Shown piece by piece: positions 23,270 to 37,400 of a DNA stretch of 49,389 bases. Below the pieces are notes generated by a model. It was not told the origin of the DNA. It ran no database searches and saw nothing but the letters and a program-made list of their open reading frames with translations. The first letter of the stretch is position 1, and each line of letters begins with the position of its first letter. This DNA comes from Sphaeroforma arctica JP610 (taxonomy: Eukaryota), in the NCBI RefSeq assembly GCF_001186125.1, contig NW_014040195.1, forward strand, positions 12,286-61,674. Direction: 5' to 3'. Both the position numbers and the translations under genes were made by a program.

Positions 23270-25400
23270 ATGCTGTTTGAAATCCCAGACATGACTGACC
23301 CCGATTTGCCCCAATATTCGACCAACATGTATCACGCCAAGGCCAACCCGTGTCCGGGCATAACCTGTAATCACTTCAATTCCTCAGACTCGGATGACCC
23401 AATTGTATCAAGTCACACCAACAACGGTCCCCAAGGCACTAGAATCACGGAATACGAGTCCAGCACTGCGTGTGACAACGGCGACACGGTCATGTAACGG
23501 ACCAGACCCTGCACTCATCCACAGGCCTTGAGTTCACTTACTATTATGGTGGTCACATCCATTTGGATAGCCACCATAACGACTCGTGCACATGGAACAA
23601 CACCCCTAGTGTATATTCTGACCACATTGTGATCAACTGTGTGTTCACTTGTACTGTTGGTTAACTTGTAACCATCACTAAGATCTCTCAAAATTCCACC
23701 ATAAACCAACCTGCCCACGTGACCTCGACAGTGGTCACCGAACATCCGCACACTAGAGTAACTGTGACTCGAAATATAAAATCCAATGTCTCATTATTGT
23801 CAATATATTTGACGGCAGTCGTCCTCGCGTTGGTAACGGATGCTCTAAATCTTGCCTCACCTCGGACCAGGATCGTGATCACTGTTGCAGGAAGACCATC
23901 ACGCGCAGAAATGTGTACACAAACTATTTTGAAAACACCACGCCAAAATTCTGGACCGAAACAACCTACTATCGGCGCACATGTGGTGGCTATATTTTAG
24001 TGAAATCTAGCGATAGCAACCACGTGGACACCACAGTCAAGCCATGCGCTGTGACCGACGAGAATCACTGTCACGAAACGCTGTCCTCTTCTCGGAAAGA
24101 CAGCACCACCGTCAAGACTGTATGCAACAGTTCTATTTGCACAGATACCACGACACGCACAACGCCGCTTGATAGTCACGGGAATCTGAACCAGGGGTTG
24201 ACCCCCACAGAAGTCCAGCAGGTATGCAATATCATGTATGAGGGTCACCCAGCCATTATGACCGACACGAGAACCACCACGAGTGACAACAGCACTCTGG
24301 CCCGAAATGTGGTAGCTACGATTAATTGTTTGCACACGGGATATTCACCAGTTACGCACTTTCATATCGGTGTCGAGGGTAACACCAGCTCCGAATGAAC
24401 ATCTGATTTTGTTGGTGGCGGTCATGACCTTAGTATATCACCGGTACCCCGAGTCTCGTGCGAGTATAACAAATGGTCTACCTGGTCTGGATGTGATGTC
24501 CTAGGAGTATGCGAGTCTAAGCGAATTTTGGACATGCTACCCAACCAGGAGGTAAACTGCATCGAGCAAACAAACACCACACAGACCAATCTCTATAAAA
24601 AGCGGGGATGAGTCGATATTCCGTTGGCATCTAACCCGTACCTACGGAACCCATGTCCACCCATACATGACACCAAATGCCACGGTCCCAATTGAAGTCC
24701 CTCATACGGCACCTTCACCTCTTGCTATTTCAGTTCCAAGTATTATTCCCATGTCTACACGGGATCTTCAGCCGAATGCCACGCCACCCATGGTCCTCAA
24801 GTCCCACATATGACACCTTCATCTCTTGCTATTTCAGTTCCAAGTAAGATTCCCATGTCATCGAATCCACCCATGTCTACACCAGGTCTTTAACCTGAGC
24901 GAGTCCCGAAGCCCATAGTCGAAGGAACCCCAGAAACATTAGAACACAAGCATGCACCAAGCCCATCCAAGAGTTCTGTATCTAAAATCTGCCGTTCAGA
25001 TTATAAGGGAAAATGTTGCGGTGATATCAAGTTTGACAAGTGCGATGGCCACTACAAGCGCGACCTCAAATGCTGCAAAAACTCGTACATACGTGATTGC
25101 TGGGGCAATTGTAAGTGAAAGTCCACGTCGTGCTGCTCTGGGTCTATCTTCAAGGTGGATCACTCTGATGAGCATTTGGTGATGTCAAGACCGACAAATG
25201 CGGTGGACACTATAAGAAAAACACTAAGTGCTGCAAGAATTCACGAAAGTGTGAAGGCTATGCCACATTCAAGTACTCCTCTTCTCAGTGTTGTTCCGGC
25301 AAGGTTGCCGGATCGAATGATAAGGATGTAGATTGCTATAACAACAAACGACGTTGCGCAAAAATATACCTGCCGTATTCAAAAGTTTTGAAATTATTAT
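23270..25400 (+). pseudogene. Decayed, apparently intronless gene for a Cys/Thr-rich extracellular-type protein (TSP1-like motif, Pro/Ser linker, dicysteine repeats)
   Basis: ORF 23913-24398 continues past TGA into PVPRVSCEYNKWSTWSGCDVLGVC (W at 24474); downstream are two related units, CCGDIKFDKCDGHYKRDLKCCKNS and GDVKTDKCGGHYKKNTKCCKNS; multiple stops and frameshifts. Confidence 0.6.
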
Positions 25401-26066
25401 GCATGAACGTACTTTATTTACTCGTACATTTCTATCAGTCTTCTGGTTGCTATCTATATGCAGCGTAGACAGATAGTGCTGCCCGTGCGGCTACATTGGA
25501 CTCGAGATTATAACTTGCATGCGCAATGTAAACATACACTTGTGCACATGTAGAGTTCCAGTATATATAAACAGCAACTTGTCGTTTCAGTTCGCGTTCG
25601 ATCCCAATATCACCAACAACTAACAAACCAAACTGTATACCATTGTAATCGCTGTCGCCGCCTCTCCTACTACAGTCGACGTCTATGAACAAGAGATCAT
25701 CTGTGGCGGAAGGGATTTCCCGGGGCATCCTTTGACCACTGCTACGGTTTATTTAACTACTTGAAAGTACTCTATTGTTGTCTCGCTGCGATTCATTCAT
25801 TTTCAGCAGATGCATTCGACTGGCTGAACTACTGGGCTACAGAGCAAGTTACTCATCGTGGCATGGTCCTTGGCGAGCAGCCAAACAAGCACGCTCACAT
25901 AGATATTTACAAGCATCGTCCATTAGTTTTATTTAAATCGAATGAAGTCAGAGAATTGGTCTTACAATTGCCGACTCTACCTCAGTACTATGCATCACAA
26001 GAACAATTGTATGAGGAAGCCTGCAGCACCAAGTGAGGGCTCAAGAGAGTCCCAAAGAGGGTGTAC

Positions 26067-29000
26067 CTACATGTACACACTCAATTTCGACACTTGCTCA
26101 GGGATACAACTGGACATCATCCGCACCTCCGCAATGGTTGTCTCGCGAAGATCTGCCACAGGAAACGGGACAAATAGAAATTAGAACAAAATATAGAAGA
26201 TGATTTTAGAAATAGAAAGTAGAAGTTGCATATATATATACATATATACATACATACATACATATATATATATTTAATTACATAAATATATATAAAGACA
26301 TAGATACACACAAACACAAACACACCCATATATATATATATATATGTGTGTGAAAACATGTATGAGTCACTAATGCACGCTTGCCGAATCTTCCACACAC
26401 ATACACGCCAACAGCTATTAAACACATAATCAAGCCACCAGTAACTCCTATCATCCACGGCCTTCTTGCTTTCATACGCACTTGAAAAAGCATATATTAT
26501 GAGATGCACAATTGTATTGCGCCGTTCAGCTCTTCACTTTATCAATACACAACATTGACACCCACAATCTACCTCCCATTTTACCTTATTTATGAATAAT
26601 CCCTTTTGCCATACACCTAAACAAAAAAACACAAAGTATACGTCACATGCATAATCGCCCTTTAACATATTCACAGTTCCTTTCACAAACGGACTCGCAT
26701 TTCTCACATACATACATAGTTTGGCACAAAAGCACACACCCTTTGTATCTGGCCTCTTGTTGCACGAGTGGTGGTACAGCAGGAAGCGTTCAACCTCTTT
26801 CTCTGTGAAGGCACGGGTCTGCACCTTGACAAGCTCGGGCAATTCCTTAATGGTATTGGCTACAAGATAGTTACGAAAAGGTTTGGCAGGATGATATGTT
26901 AGCTTCTGGACGTACTATGTGAGTATGTGTTGGTATAGATCTATATGAATATATATATATATATATATATGTATATACATATACATATACATACACATAT
27001 ACATTATATACGTGCCTACATACATACCTACACACACACACATATAAATAAATATATATTTATATGTGTGTACGTATGTTTGTATTTGCGTGTGATGAGC
27101 ACAAATTTTGGTTCGCTGGCTACGGTGGGAGCGCAGGCACTCACCCAACATTGCCAAACGAATCCATTCCCATCAAACCTGACTAGAATCAAGAAAACAA
27201 ACTCAACTATATTCCAGATCAGCAACTTTGGCAAGATGCTAAGCCTTCCCTGCTGGACTGTTGTATTTGAGCCATTCATGATCTGAAGGTAAAATTGTTT
27301 TACGATTCAATACACCGATCGCCACGCAATAGGCCTGCCAGCAAGTGACGGTATCTCTAACTTACAGTTAAAAGGATCGATGGCAGCTGCTTCCTTGATC
27401 ATCCCCTTGATCTCAGTCGAGAACTTTGTGTTGGTTTTGATCCCGGTATTCGTCAGACCCATCAGCAGCGTTCCCCGAGCCTAAAAAGTATATGTATGAG
27501 AAAAAAAATCTATGAAGAATATACTTATATATAGTCGTGTCAGGTGCGGCAGTACAGTTCCAGGAGCCGAGCGAGGATGTGAATATGTCTCTCCTGTAGT
27601 GGAGTGGACTTCATGTATGTGCGGACCTCTACTTTCTTTTCTTTGTAATGAAAACATACATACAATTTCTGGCGTGGTATATTCTACTTAAACTTGTGGA
27701 ACCTTGAAGAAGTTCATATCCACGTGCAAAACAATAAGACAACGCATCATATATATATATATATATACATTCTGATAATATAGGTTCATGGAGTGCAGCA
27801 GGTATATACGCAGAAATTAAAATCACATGGCATACCATGCAGATAAATAGATAGGTCACCCTCCACAGCCAGAGTACGCGGTCTATAAGGTAGACAATAT
27901 TCAATAGCACTCTCTCATACGACTACAGAGTACACTTACGTGGCATAAACCAAGCATGATATGATCAAGTGATATTAAAAGAAGAGGATTGAATAAACAC
28001 TGTAAGACAACCTACAATCCATACATCACCAGCTTCAACCAATTATCTCCGACAAGATCCAAACCTCATACAATAAAAGAAACTTTACCAGCTTGTACTT
28101 GTCATCGAGTAGCCGGATTACTAGCTGTGTGATTGCCATGTGAAGTCCATGCAACCGGCGATTACGGTTGTCTGGTTACGAGCAGAGAACGAATAGAAGA
28201 AGTTGTCAGTACCCACGTGGTGGTGCCAAGATATTAAGGCTAGAGGGCTATAACCTCAACTCAAAAATAAATATATATGTGCAAATAGAGAGACTGCGTG
28301 TGTGACAAGAAGGCATATATATATATATATATATATATATGTAGCATTGATGTGCAACGTCGCCACGACCAAATGCGTGGCAAAGTGCAGAATACATGCC
28401 TCGCACCTTTGAGATAACTTTTTTGTGCGGAAGTCGTTAGAGTTGTACAGTACAATTGCCTCGATTAGAAGATGTGGTACAGTGCATATACGCTCGTCCC
28501 AGATCCAACACAAACCAGGCACAATGGGACACATGTGCGAAGCAGAAGGTACACACCTCTTAACTCTGACACATTGTAGAACGCATTGAAATCGTCCACG
28601 GCCACAAGCACGGGCTTGTCTGTCATTAAGCGTAACTCCTCCATCAGCGCGGGCAGTACCTATGGGGATTGATGCCAGTGAGTTTGTATCGATACGAGTG
28701 AGACATGGTGGCATAGTAGCTGCTGAAGGCACGTCCGTTGATAGAGCTCCATGCACATCGTGGCCTACCATGCTGGTACATATCATGCACCCCCACACAT
28801 GCCTGGCATGGTTGCTATCCCTACCAGATATCGGGTGGTATTATAATGCAGTCCAGAGACACTGAAACGCAATGGTAGTATATGGTGGGAGTGTAGGTAC
28901 CAATATCATTGGCAGGGGTGTTGGTACCGATACCATTGGTAGCGCCATGCTTGCGTCGTAGCCCGCATACATTTGTACACCAGCATACACACGTACACAT

Positions 29001-32000
29001 ACAATACAGAACACCAATCCATCGAAGTACACGTCCACACTGTTTCTCAGACCTAAATACATCCAGGCGCTCTTGGTGTCGCACAGTCGCTGCCAGAATT
29101 GCCATACTCGAAGATTCTGGGCCACATGGCAGTACTATAATACACACAGACACACACACAACACAGACATAAATATATACATACATACATACATACACAC
29201 ACACACATGTATATATGTACATATAGATACACACACACACACATATACGACACAAAAAGTATAGGGCTATGAAAACTCACCTCTCTTGCAGGGGGGTAGT
29301 CCTCGAGGATTTCCAGATCCAAAGGCCCAGCTCCCATGCGCGCCAAGTCCAAAATGGAATCCCTAGGGGTACCAGGGCCGGCCGCTGCACCCTCAATCTC
29401 GTACTTGTGCTAGGTAGTGATAGAAAGTATCAAAGTGTACAAGGTTAAGGTAGGGATAAGGAATATGTAGACAATGCCTTGTTCAGTACGCTCTCAATCT
29501 TGTGCTTGTGCCGAGTGAAGACAAAGATTGGCACAGTGCGAGGTGTTATGGTAAGCAAGTGCCAGTCAATTTGATAAAATTGATAACAAAAATGCCACGG
29601 TGTGAGAGGCTATGGCAAAAATGGCTAAAGCACAAGTCCTTGGGCAATGATTGGACTATACAGGGTTCACATACTAGGTTGAGAGTGCACAAAAGGGGCG
29701 GATGCATTCCGTACGAACAGACAAAGGTAAGTGCAGCAGACATGTAATTCTTGCTATCTACCTTCTTCGTCACGTTGCAAGGTTTCATGGTACAGACGCG
29801 GGGACAGGTGTAAAGCCCAAAGACACCCCTTGCCCGAATGATACATAGAAACCTCTGTACATAGCCACATACCCGATCCCAATGCGAATACACCAGACAC
29901 CTGAAGGACTTCGCTTCAACTTGGCCACATACACCATCGCATGTAACATAAACATGGATAAACACACTCGACTCTCCCCACACCTACAGGCCCTATCCCC
30001 CCCCACACCTTCAGCTTGATGTCCTTCAGCATCGCATGGTCGTTGATCTTCAGGAAGTAGTCGATCAGATCAGTCGCATCGAACGGCTGGTCAAACCACG
30101 GGTGCACCGCCGACTTCACTACACGGTCCGCCTCGTACATCCAGAACGTCGCCTTCGGAATGTGCAGCACCACGTGGCCCTTATCTGCCAGGGTTTGCGC
30201 CACGTGCGCGATGGTTGCGCTCTTGCCTGTGCCTCGCATACCGTTGACCAGCACGCCGAATCTGCGGGCGCGAGGGTGTACGGGTGTGTAAATGTGTTGG
30301 GGCCGATGTGTAAATTATAGAGCATAGGTTGCGATGGTGACAGTGCAAATACAGTACACATTATCACTGGACGATACATATGAAGGTCGAAGAGAGAGCT
30401 CCTGAGGTACGATAGTCACAAACACCGAGGCCATTGCGTGCCGGTAACGTGTCGCACATGCCATTTGTGAGAACGCCAAATCTGTTTGGGGCGAATAAAT
30501 GTGATACATTTTATCACACACACACACACACACATATATATATTATGTATACCTAGATATATATATACACACAAACATACGCACATACATACATACATAC
30601 ATACAAACACATATACATACACACACACACACACACATATACCTTGGGTAGCATCTTCACACTCAATACATATGAATCACAACGTGACAACGACTCACTT
30701 CTTATCTCGGTTCTCCGTTCGCTCGTGATTGCGGATGTGCGCCAAGACCTCCAAGGCCGGTTGGCGGATCATGAGAGAGTTCTTACCGAACAGCTTGAAC
30801 TAAAAACAGGAGCGGAAAATCAAAAAATCAGAAATGGTGGTCAGAAATGCGGTAGTCGGGTGCAGATTTGGGGGTGAATTCAATCCGACAAATAGAACTC
30901 CATATCGGATAAGGCGTGTGCGGGATACGCTTTGATATGATATATGTTTAACGCATGCCAGTCCTACTCAACGACAGACAAAACTGCGGTTGCCGCCAAC
31001 CCAATCCGCAATACGACAGATGCTGTCCGATATCGCAGTATTGTTCGTTCCATAGGCCAGTGTCATGTTCAGCGTATCTCTACGGATTATTTTGACATGT
31101 AGTAATATTGTACAGACGCCGTATGTTACACACTAGCAGCACAATAGTACGCATCGGGGCCAACATGCCCTTCAGCCACATCACATTTTGCTCAGCCCAC
31201 TTGCCACATATGAGAATACATATAAATGTTCATTTATGCATACGTACACACACACACATATACATATACATACATACACACACACACAATCTATATAAAT
31301 ATATAAACAGTGAATCTGTATTACAAAAAAATAAATAAATATAGGTATAAACACACACACACACATAATATATATATATATAGACAGATACCTATTTTTG
31401 TAAATATGAATATACATTCGTATCGATTGCTAGTAGTGCTGCACCAGCCAGCTGGTCTTGCATGTCCTTAGACCAGACCATCTTGGCCTCAACGTCGCAT
31501 ATATATATATACATGTATATCAAAACATAAAGATACATACATACACATACACATACAACTAACACTGTACATTCATATTGATTCATTCATACCTAGCACA
31601 GCCGTGCAACACACCTGATCCTTCATGCCCTTTGGCCAGACCACATCTTCCTTCGCCTTCTTGCCTCGCTTCTCATCATCCTCGCTGCTCCACTCGTAGA
31701 ACTGACCTATTTGTCCCGCACTGTGGTACTTGAACGCTAGAGGTGTCGTCAGGGGCACATTGCCAATCTCAATGGGTTCGTTAGAGGCCCTGTGTATGGA
31801 TGATGTATCAAAGTGGCAAAGCACATCAATAGACGAGAAAGGATGAACGATAACCATCTCGTGCGAATACGGCGACACTCAAAACATTACACATGTCATG
31901 TCGTGATATTCTACTAGGTACATGTCTATATTCTATCATAACCTTTTAGATACATCTGTTTCCACTGCAAGTAACCGCGCAAGCACACACAGTATCAATG

Positions 32001-35000
32001 GAGTAACGCCAACAGGAGCATCGTGATCAGTGGCCCTTTCTTTGAAGGAGACTCCACTTCTACGCCATCAGCCACGCACCACAACATGATACACGACACG
32101 AGCCACACATCTGCCACATCATCCCCCCGCAACGCAGAATACATACGGAACAACTCCGCCAGGGGCATCGTGGTTGTGCCCTCCTTTGTGCTGGGCCGCC
32201 TCTTCCTCAGGAGCTACAGCGGCGGGCTGTGCGAGCCTGTCTTTGCCGCCAAAGACACCGGTCCCTCTATTGGCGTTGGGGGTGTACCGCAATTGACTCG
32301 CCGGGGTTGCGGCGCTGTTGCGATTGAGGAAGAGCGACGACACATCCGAGCCACCAGATTGGCTGTTGGGGGCTGTGTTTAGGCGCCCGAACAAAGGCTT
32401 TTGGTTGAAGGGAGTGGTGGACTCTGGGGTAGTTGCTTGCACCCTGGCGTTTTGATTTGTGAATGCGTTGGGTCTCTGGTTTGGTGTTGGTCGATTTGAT
32501 TGGCTGCTATTGATAGACGCGTTCTGTTTGGCCGAGCCGAAAGCTGGTTTTTGATTGGCTATATTGCCGAAAGCACCACCACTGGGTCGATTTGATTGGC
32601 TGCTCTTGTTGGACGCATTCTGATTGGCGCTGCCAAACATACCATCCGGTCGATTCCCCTGGGCGCTATTTTGAGAAGCGTTCCCATTAGCCGAGCCAAA
32701 TGCCGGTTTCTGACTCTGGAAGTATGATTTCGGAGGGGGAGGTTGGCCCGATTGTGGTTCTGAACTTCTGAAGAAAGGTGCGGCTTTCCTTTGTTCACCG
32801 GCTGTGGGGGGTGCAGGGGAGGCACGTGGTGGTGGTCGAGGCCCTGGTACAAGTGAGGTAAGCATACTAACGGGTGAGAAAGGATCTTTGTCTACGCTTC
32901 AGCAGATACAGGCGAGGTAGGACTACCTACACAGCGCGAAGAGATGCGCAGAGATGCGCTCGTCTCTGGCGGGCAGGTGGTATGACTGACTGACGATAAT
33001 ACTGCAGATCCAGTTCAGAGAACGAAGTTCATGGGTGTGTTGAAGTCCATTAAATCTTTCTATGAGGATAAACAGTCAGACATGGGTCGATCCTTCGTTC
33101 AGCTACGTACATGTCTGGTTAATGGTTGTAGATACTGCGACGATTTTGGATGGTGCGCACGAGCCATTACTTTCTAAAGAATATAGCCGTTTAATTTTGT
33201 ATGTGTGCTTTCAGCTTTGGCTAAACCAAAGCTGTACCCTACCGACACGATCATTTCAATCCTAAAAGAAGGTATATTGAAACCATGACTGATTATCTAC
33301 AATCGTGCACGTGAGAATTAATACTTGCTACAATATGTGTCTCTTAAAGAAAATCTGAATGCCCATGTAGGTGAAACCCATACAACAGATATACATCCCA
33401 CACGTATAGATGCAAAAGTACTTCAATACCTGATGTAGCAGGTTTGTTTGACCTTCCCGCAGGTCGCGAATTCTGTGCTGCATTTCGCTGCGCCTCTAAT
33501 CTCCGCTTCAACTCCTCCAATCGAGAACCTCCTCCTCCCTACGATATCACAAATATTGGAGCCACAAATTGAGCACACCCTGTCATATCTATAAGCTCAT
33601 AGTGACTGACAGTGCGTTGGTGGGTGATGTATTCATGACTATGTCCGTTCCGTGATAGATACATGAATGTGCTTGTCACTTCAAAGTCCGGCAGACGCAC
33701 AAACTTATTGATGCACGAGGTCGCAGTGTCAAGCCTACATTGTAATTACGGCCTCATTTATATACTATATCGTAGTGTAATCATGTGTCCATATATAGAT
33801 ATACATATTAATGCATATGCATATACATACACATATACGTAAACATGTACATAAAACTATAAAAAATATAGATATATACGTACCTATATGTATATATATA
33901 CATACATACATACATATAAACACACATATTTGCATATACAAATATACATCAAATACATACATACATATGCATATGCATACACACACACACACACATATAT
34001 ATATATGTACGTGTATATGTATATGCATATGTAGTATATGGATACGTAAAGGTATACGGATATGGATATGCATATATATATATACATACATACACACACA
34101 TACATACACACACATGTAATATATATATATATACCTTACAATATATATACTCTACAATATATATATGTTTATACCCTACAATATATATATATATATATAT
34201 TTATACCCTACAATATATATATACATGTATATATATATTTATACCCTACAATATATATATACATATATATATATTATATATATACATACGTGAACGTGTA
34301 TATATGCATATAAAAGTATGCGTCAAAGCGATCCAAGGTACTGTAACAAAGCGTGTGCGACTTGAGGGGTACTGGCGCTAGTGTTACTGAGCCCAGTCAA
34401 AATCATATACAGCAATATTTCCGTGGCGTTTTCCGCGTAAAATACCAATCCGGCACTCCACACATGGAAAAAAGAAAGTATACAGTCTCTCTCTATGTGC
34501 AAATAGTACTACAAAGGCTCTCACACTATGCATACACGGCTAGTTACTGAAACGCGCGCAACCAATACTCTGGTGCCGCTCGCTTTAAAGGCTCAGTGGC
34601 TAATATAGCTAAGGCGTGGGTCGATAACGTTAAGTAGACTGTATACTTCACGAACGTTGTACGTTGAGACAAATGTTGTGCGTGTACACTCAGAGAAGAA
34701 CACATGTCCACCAACTTCCATTGGTGCTCGCAACAGCAACGCACGCGGCTATGCACGTGGGCTTTCACAGCTGTGGAGCATGCACATTGGCAGGGCCGTA
34801 AGCGCAGTCTCTCTTTTGTTTAATCATTATGTACATGCACACTACCAGTGGTTGTTCACAGACACAAAGGCAGCAGTTGAACATTGGCAAACTTATAGGA
34901 TGTCATAGTTGATCTGTGCCTGATTGATTTTATACGTCTACAAATATCGTGTCTTTAAAGTAGCTGTCGTGCGGACATTAAGTATAGAATTGTAAATGCA

Positions 35001-35119
35001 ATATATATATATATATATACATACATACACTATAATATAAATATACATACACGCACAAACACACACACACATATATATATACATGCATACGTATATATAT
35101 ATATATATACATGCATGCG

Positions 35120-35155
<36 letters not shown>

Positions 35156-35698
35156 AATAATAAAACCACCTACATATGGCTGCCAAGTTTGCAGCCACAC
35201 ACCAGTCCTCCGTGTACACAAATATGCCAAACCTACCTTGTTGGGCGTGTCGGAGTAATGGCATGCGCGCACTCGTGTCTGAATCTGTGTGGCCGTTGAG
35301 GTTCGCTGGAAAATCCTCTGTGATAACGCAATTTGCAAATAGAATGAGCACAACAACGACTAAGCCAGCAACTTGAGGGTATTTACGTATCCGGAATAAG
35401 TAGAGGTGGTGCTGACGCAAACCGCAAAAAAACTAAGGAAATAAATTCAATATATACACAGCATTGACATAAGAATGGTGGTGTACACGTGCAGTTACAA
35501 TGCGGATGAACGAATATTTGTATGTATATAGATGTATAGATGGGAGATGATTGTATATAAATACATACAAGCACATAGGTATGTAGGTATGCGGACACGG
35601 TCGTTGTAAAGAAATAAGCGTATACACATAGATGACTATACCTATATATATGCATGCATATTGAAGTTTACACATACAAATCCACATAAATAGGTATA

Positions 35699-35729
<31 letters not shown>

Positions 35730-35924
35730 AATATACATCATATACCTATTTATTTGCATACATGTTGAAGTTTAAACATATATAAACACGTAAATAGATA
35801 CACCATATATATATATATATATACACATACATATAAACAAATATGCATGCACATACACACGTACACAAACACTCACTCACACATCTATACACACACATAT
35901 ATATATATATATATATTATATACG

Positions 35925-35958
<34 letters not shown>

Positions 35959-36305
35959 TATATACTAATATATATACACACACACACACACNNNNNNNNN
36001 NNNNNNNNNNNNNNNNNNNNNNNNNNNNNNNNNNNNNNNNNNNNNNNNNNNNNNNNNNNNNNNNNNNNNNNNNNNNNNNNNNNNNNNNNNNNNNNNNNNN
36101 NNNNNNNNNNNNNNNNNNNNNNNNNNNNNNNNNNNNNNNNNNNNNNNNNNNNNNNNNNNNNNNNNNNNNNNNNNNNNNNNNNNNNNNNNNNNNNNNNNNN
36201 NNNNNNNNNNNNNNNNNNNNNNNNNNNNNNNNNNNNNNNNNNNNNNNNNNNNNNNNNNNNNNNGGTCCGACTCTAGAGGATCCCACTATATATACAATTA
36301 TATAT

Positions 36306-36349
<44 letters not shown>

Positions 36350-36914
36350 TTATACACCCACACCCACACACACGCGCATATATATATACAAACACACACA
36401 CACACATAAGCACACACACCCACACCCACACATACAAACACACACACACACACATATATATATATACATACTTATCTACGTTTCGAATTCATGTGTTATC
36501 TATATTCATAGGTGTGTATTTCTGATGGAGAGACGAATCTTTCCATATGGTTCATATCTTACAACGATCTATATATGTGCACTTTAAAGTAAAGATCGAA
36601 GTACGTGCACATTTATTATAAGTGTAGTTGTAATTGATTCGAAAGTCAAAATAGAATTGAAGTAGACGAAAAACATGTTCTTGTAGGGTTGTACGAACTT
36701 GAGGAACACATTCTATATCTGACACGATAGTGTAGACGACAACAACCCATATCAACTCAGTACTATCGGTCGACACTTTTGGCCAAGAAGAAACATAGCC
36801 CATATTGAACTAGCTTTATGTTTCCCATTCAAAATACGTGCGCATGCGATATGTGTGATGCTACATGCTTACCGCGCGAACACTCAGGACGGGTCTGGCA
36901 GCCGAGGAATTCAT
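26067..36914 (-). CDS. DAP3: Mitochondrial small-subunit ribosomal protein mS29/DAP3, 13 exons, 697 aa (36914-36873, 35317-35237, 33538-33430, 32843-32147, 31789-31615, 30799-30699, 30261-30009, 29409-29281, 28659-28557, 28171-28089, 27480-27366, 26859-26740, 26152-26067)
   Basis: All junctions are GT-AG and phase-compatible (2094 nt total). Presequence-like start [40 protein letters not shown]3 motifs [10 protein letters not shown]-loop [30 protein letters not shown]. The first three small exons are less certain than the core, and intron 1 spans an N-gap. Confidence 0.88.
33790..34312. repeat. Intronic (TA)n/(CATA)n microsatellite tract
   Basis: Directly visible; similar tracts occupy most DAP3 introns. 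Confidence 0.9.
35992..36263. other. Assembly gap
   Basis: Run of N. Confidence 1.
36264..36286 (+). other. Cloning-vector remnant (fosmid polylinker)
   Basis: ggtccgactctagaggatcccac directly after the gap resembles the SalI-XbaI-BamHI-CAC (Eco72I half site) arm of pCC1FOS/pEpiFOS-type vectors, with one extra base. Confidence 0.9.
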
Positions 36915-37400
36915 AGTGCTGATCAAAAACCCGAGCTCTAATGTATGGGATATTGTGACAATGCCGTTATGTGGACACTGGTGAAGGCACACCTGGATAG
37001 GACGTGTAGTAGTAGTTCTTACGCATATACGTGTCTGCAGCACCCACTCTCTACTAGCTTTAATTAAACGAGCACACGCAACTGTGAATAAATGAAGTAT
37101 TTACTGTGGTGCTTGCCAAATAGGCGCTCTTATTTATTTATTCTCAGAAATCACTCAATATGTAGTCTCAATTATGTACATATTGCCTTCTTGCGTGGAG
37201 GTCGGAGAAAAGTTCGGTACCTGTTCGGATGTCCCACGCGAATCATTCATTTGCCGAGGCGTCTATCAGACCTCATCAAGAGTAACTCACAGGTTCAACA
37301 CAGCTCAGGGTTATGTATTTATGTTTATATAAACATATCACTTGATATTGTATACAGTACATACATGCATATAATACATAGGTCGCGGAGGGTATAGTGT

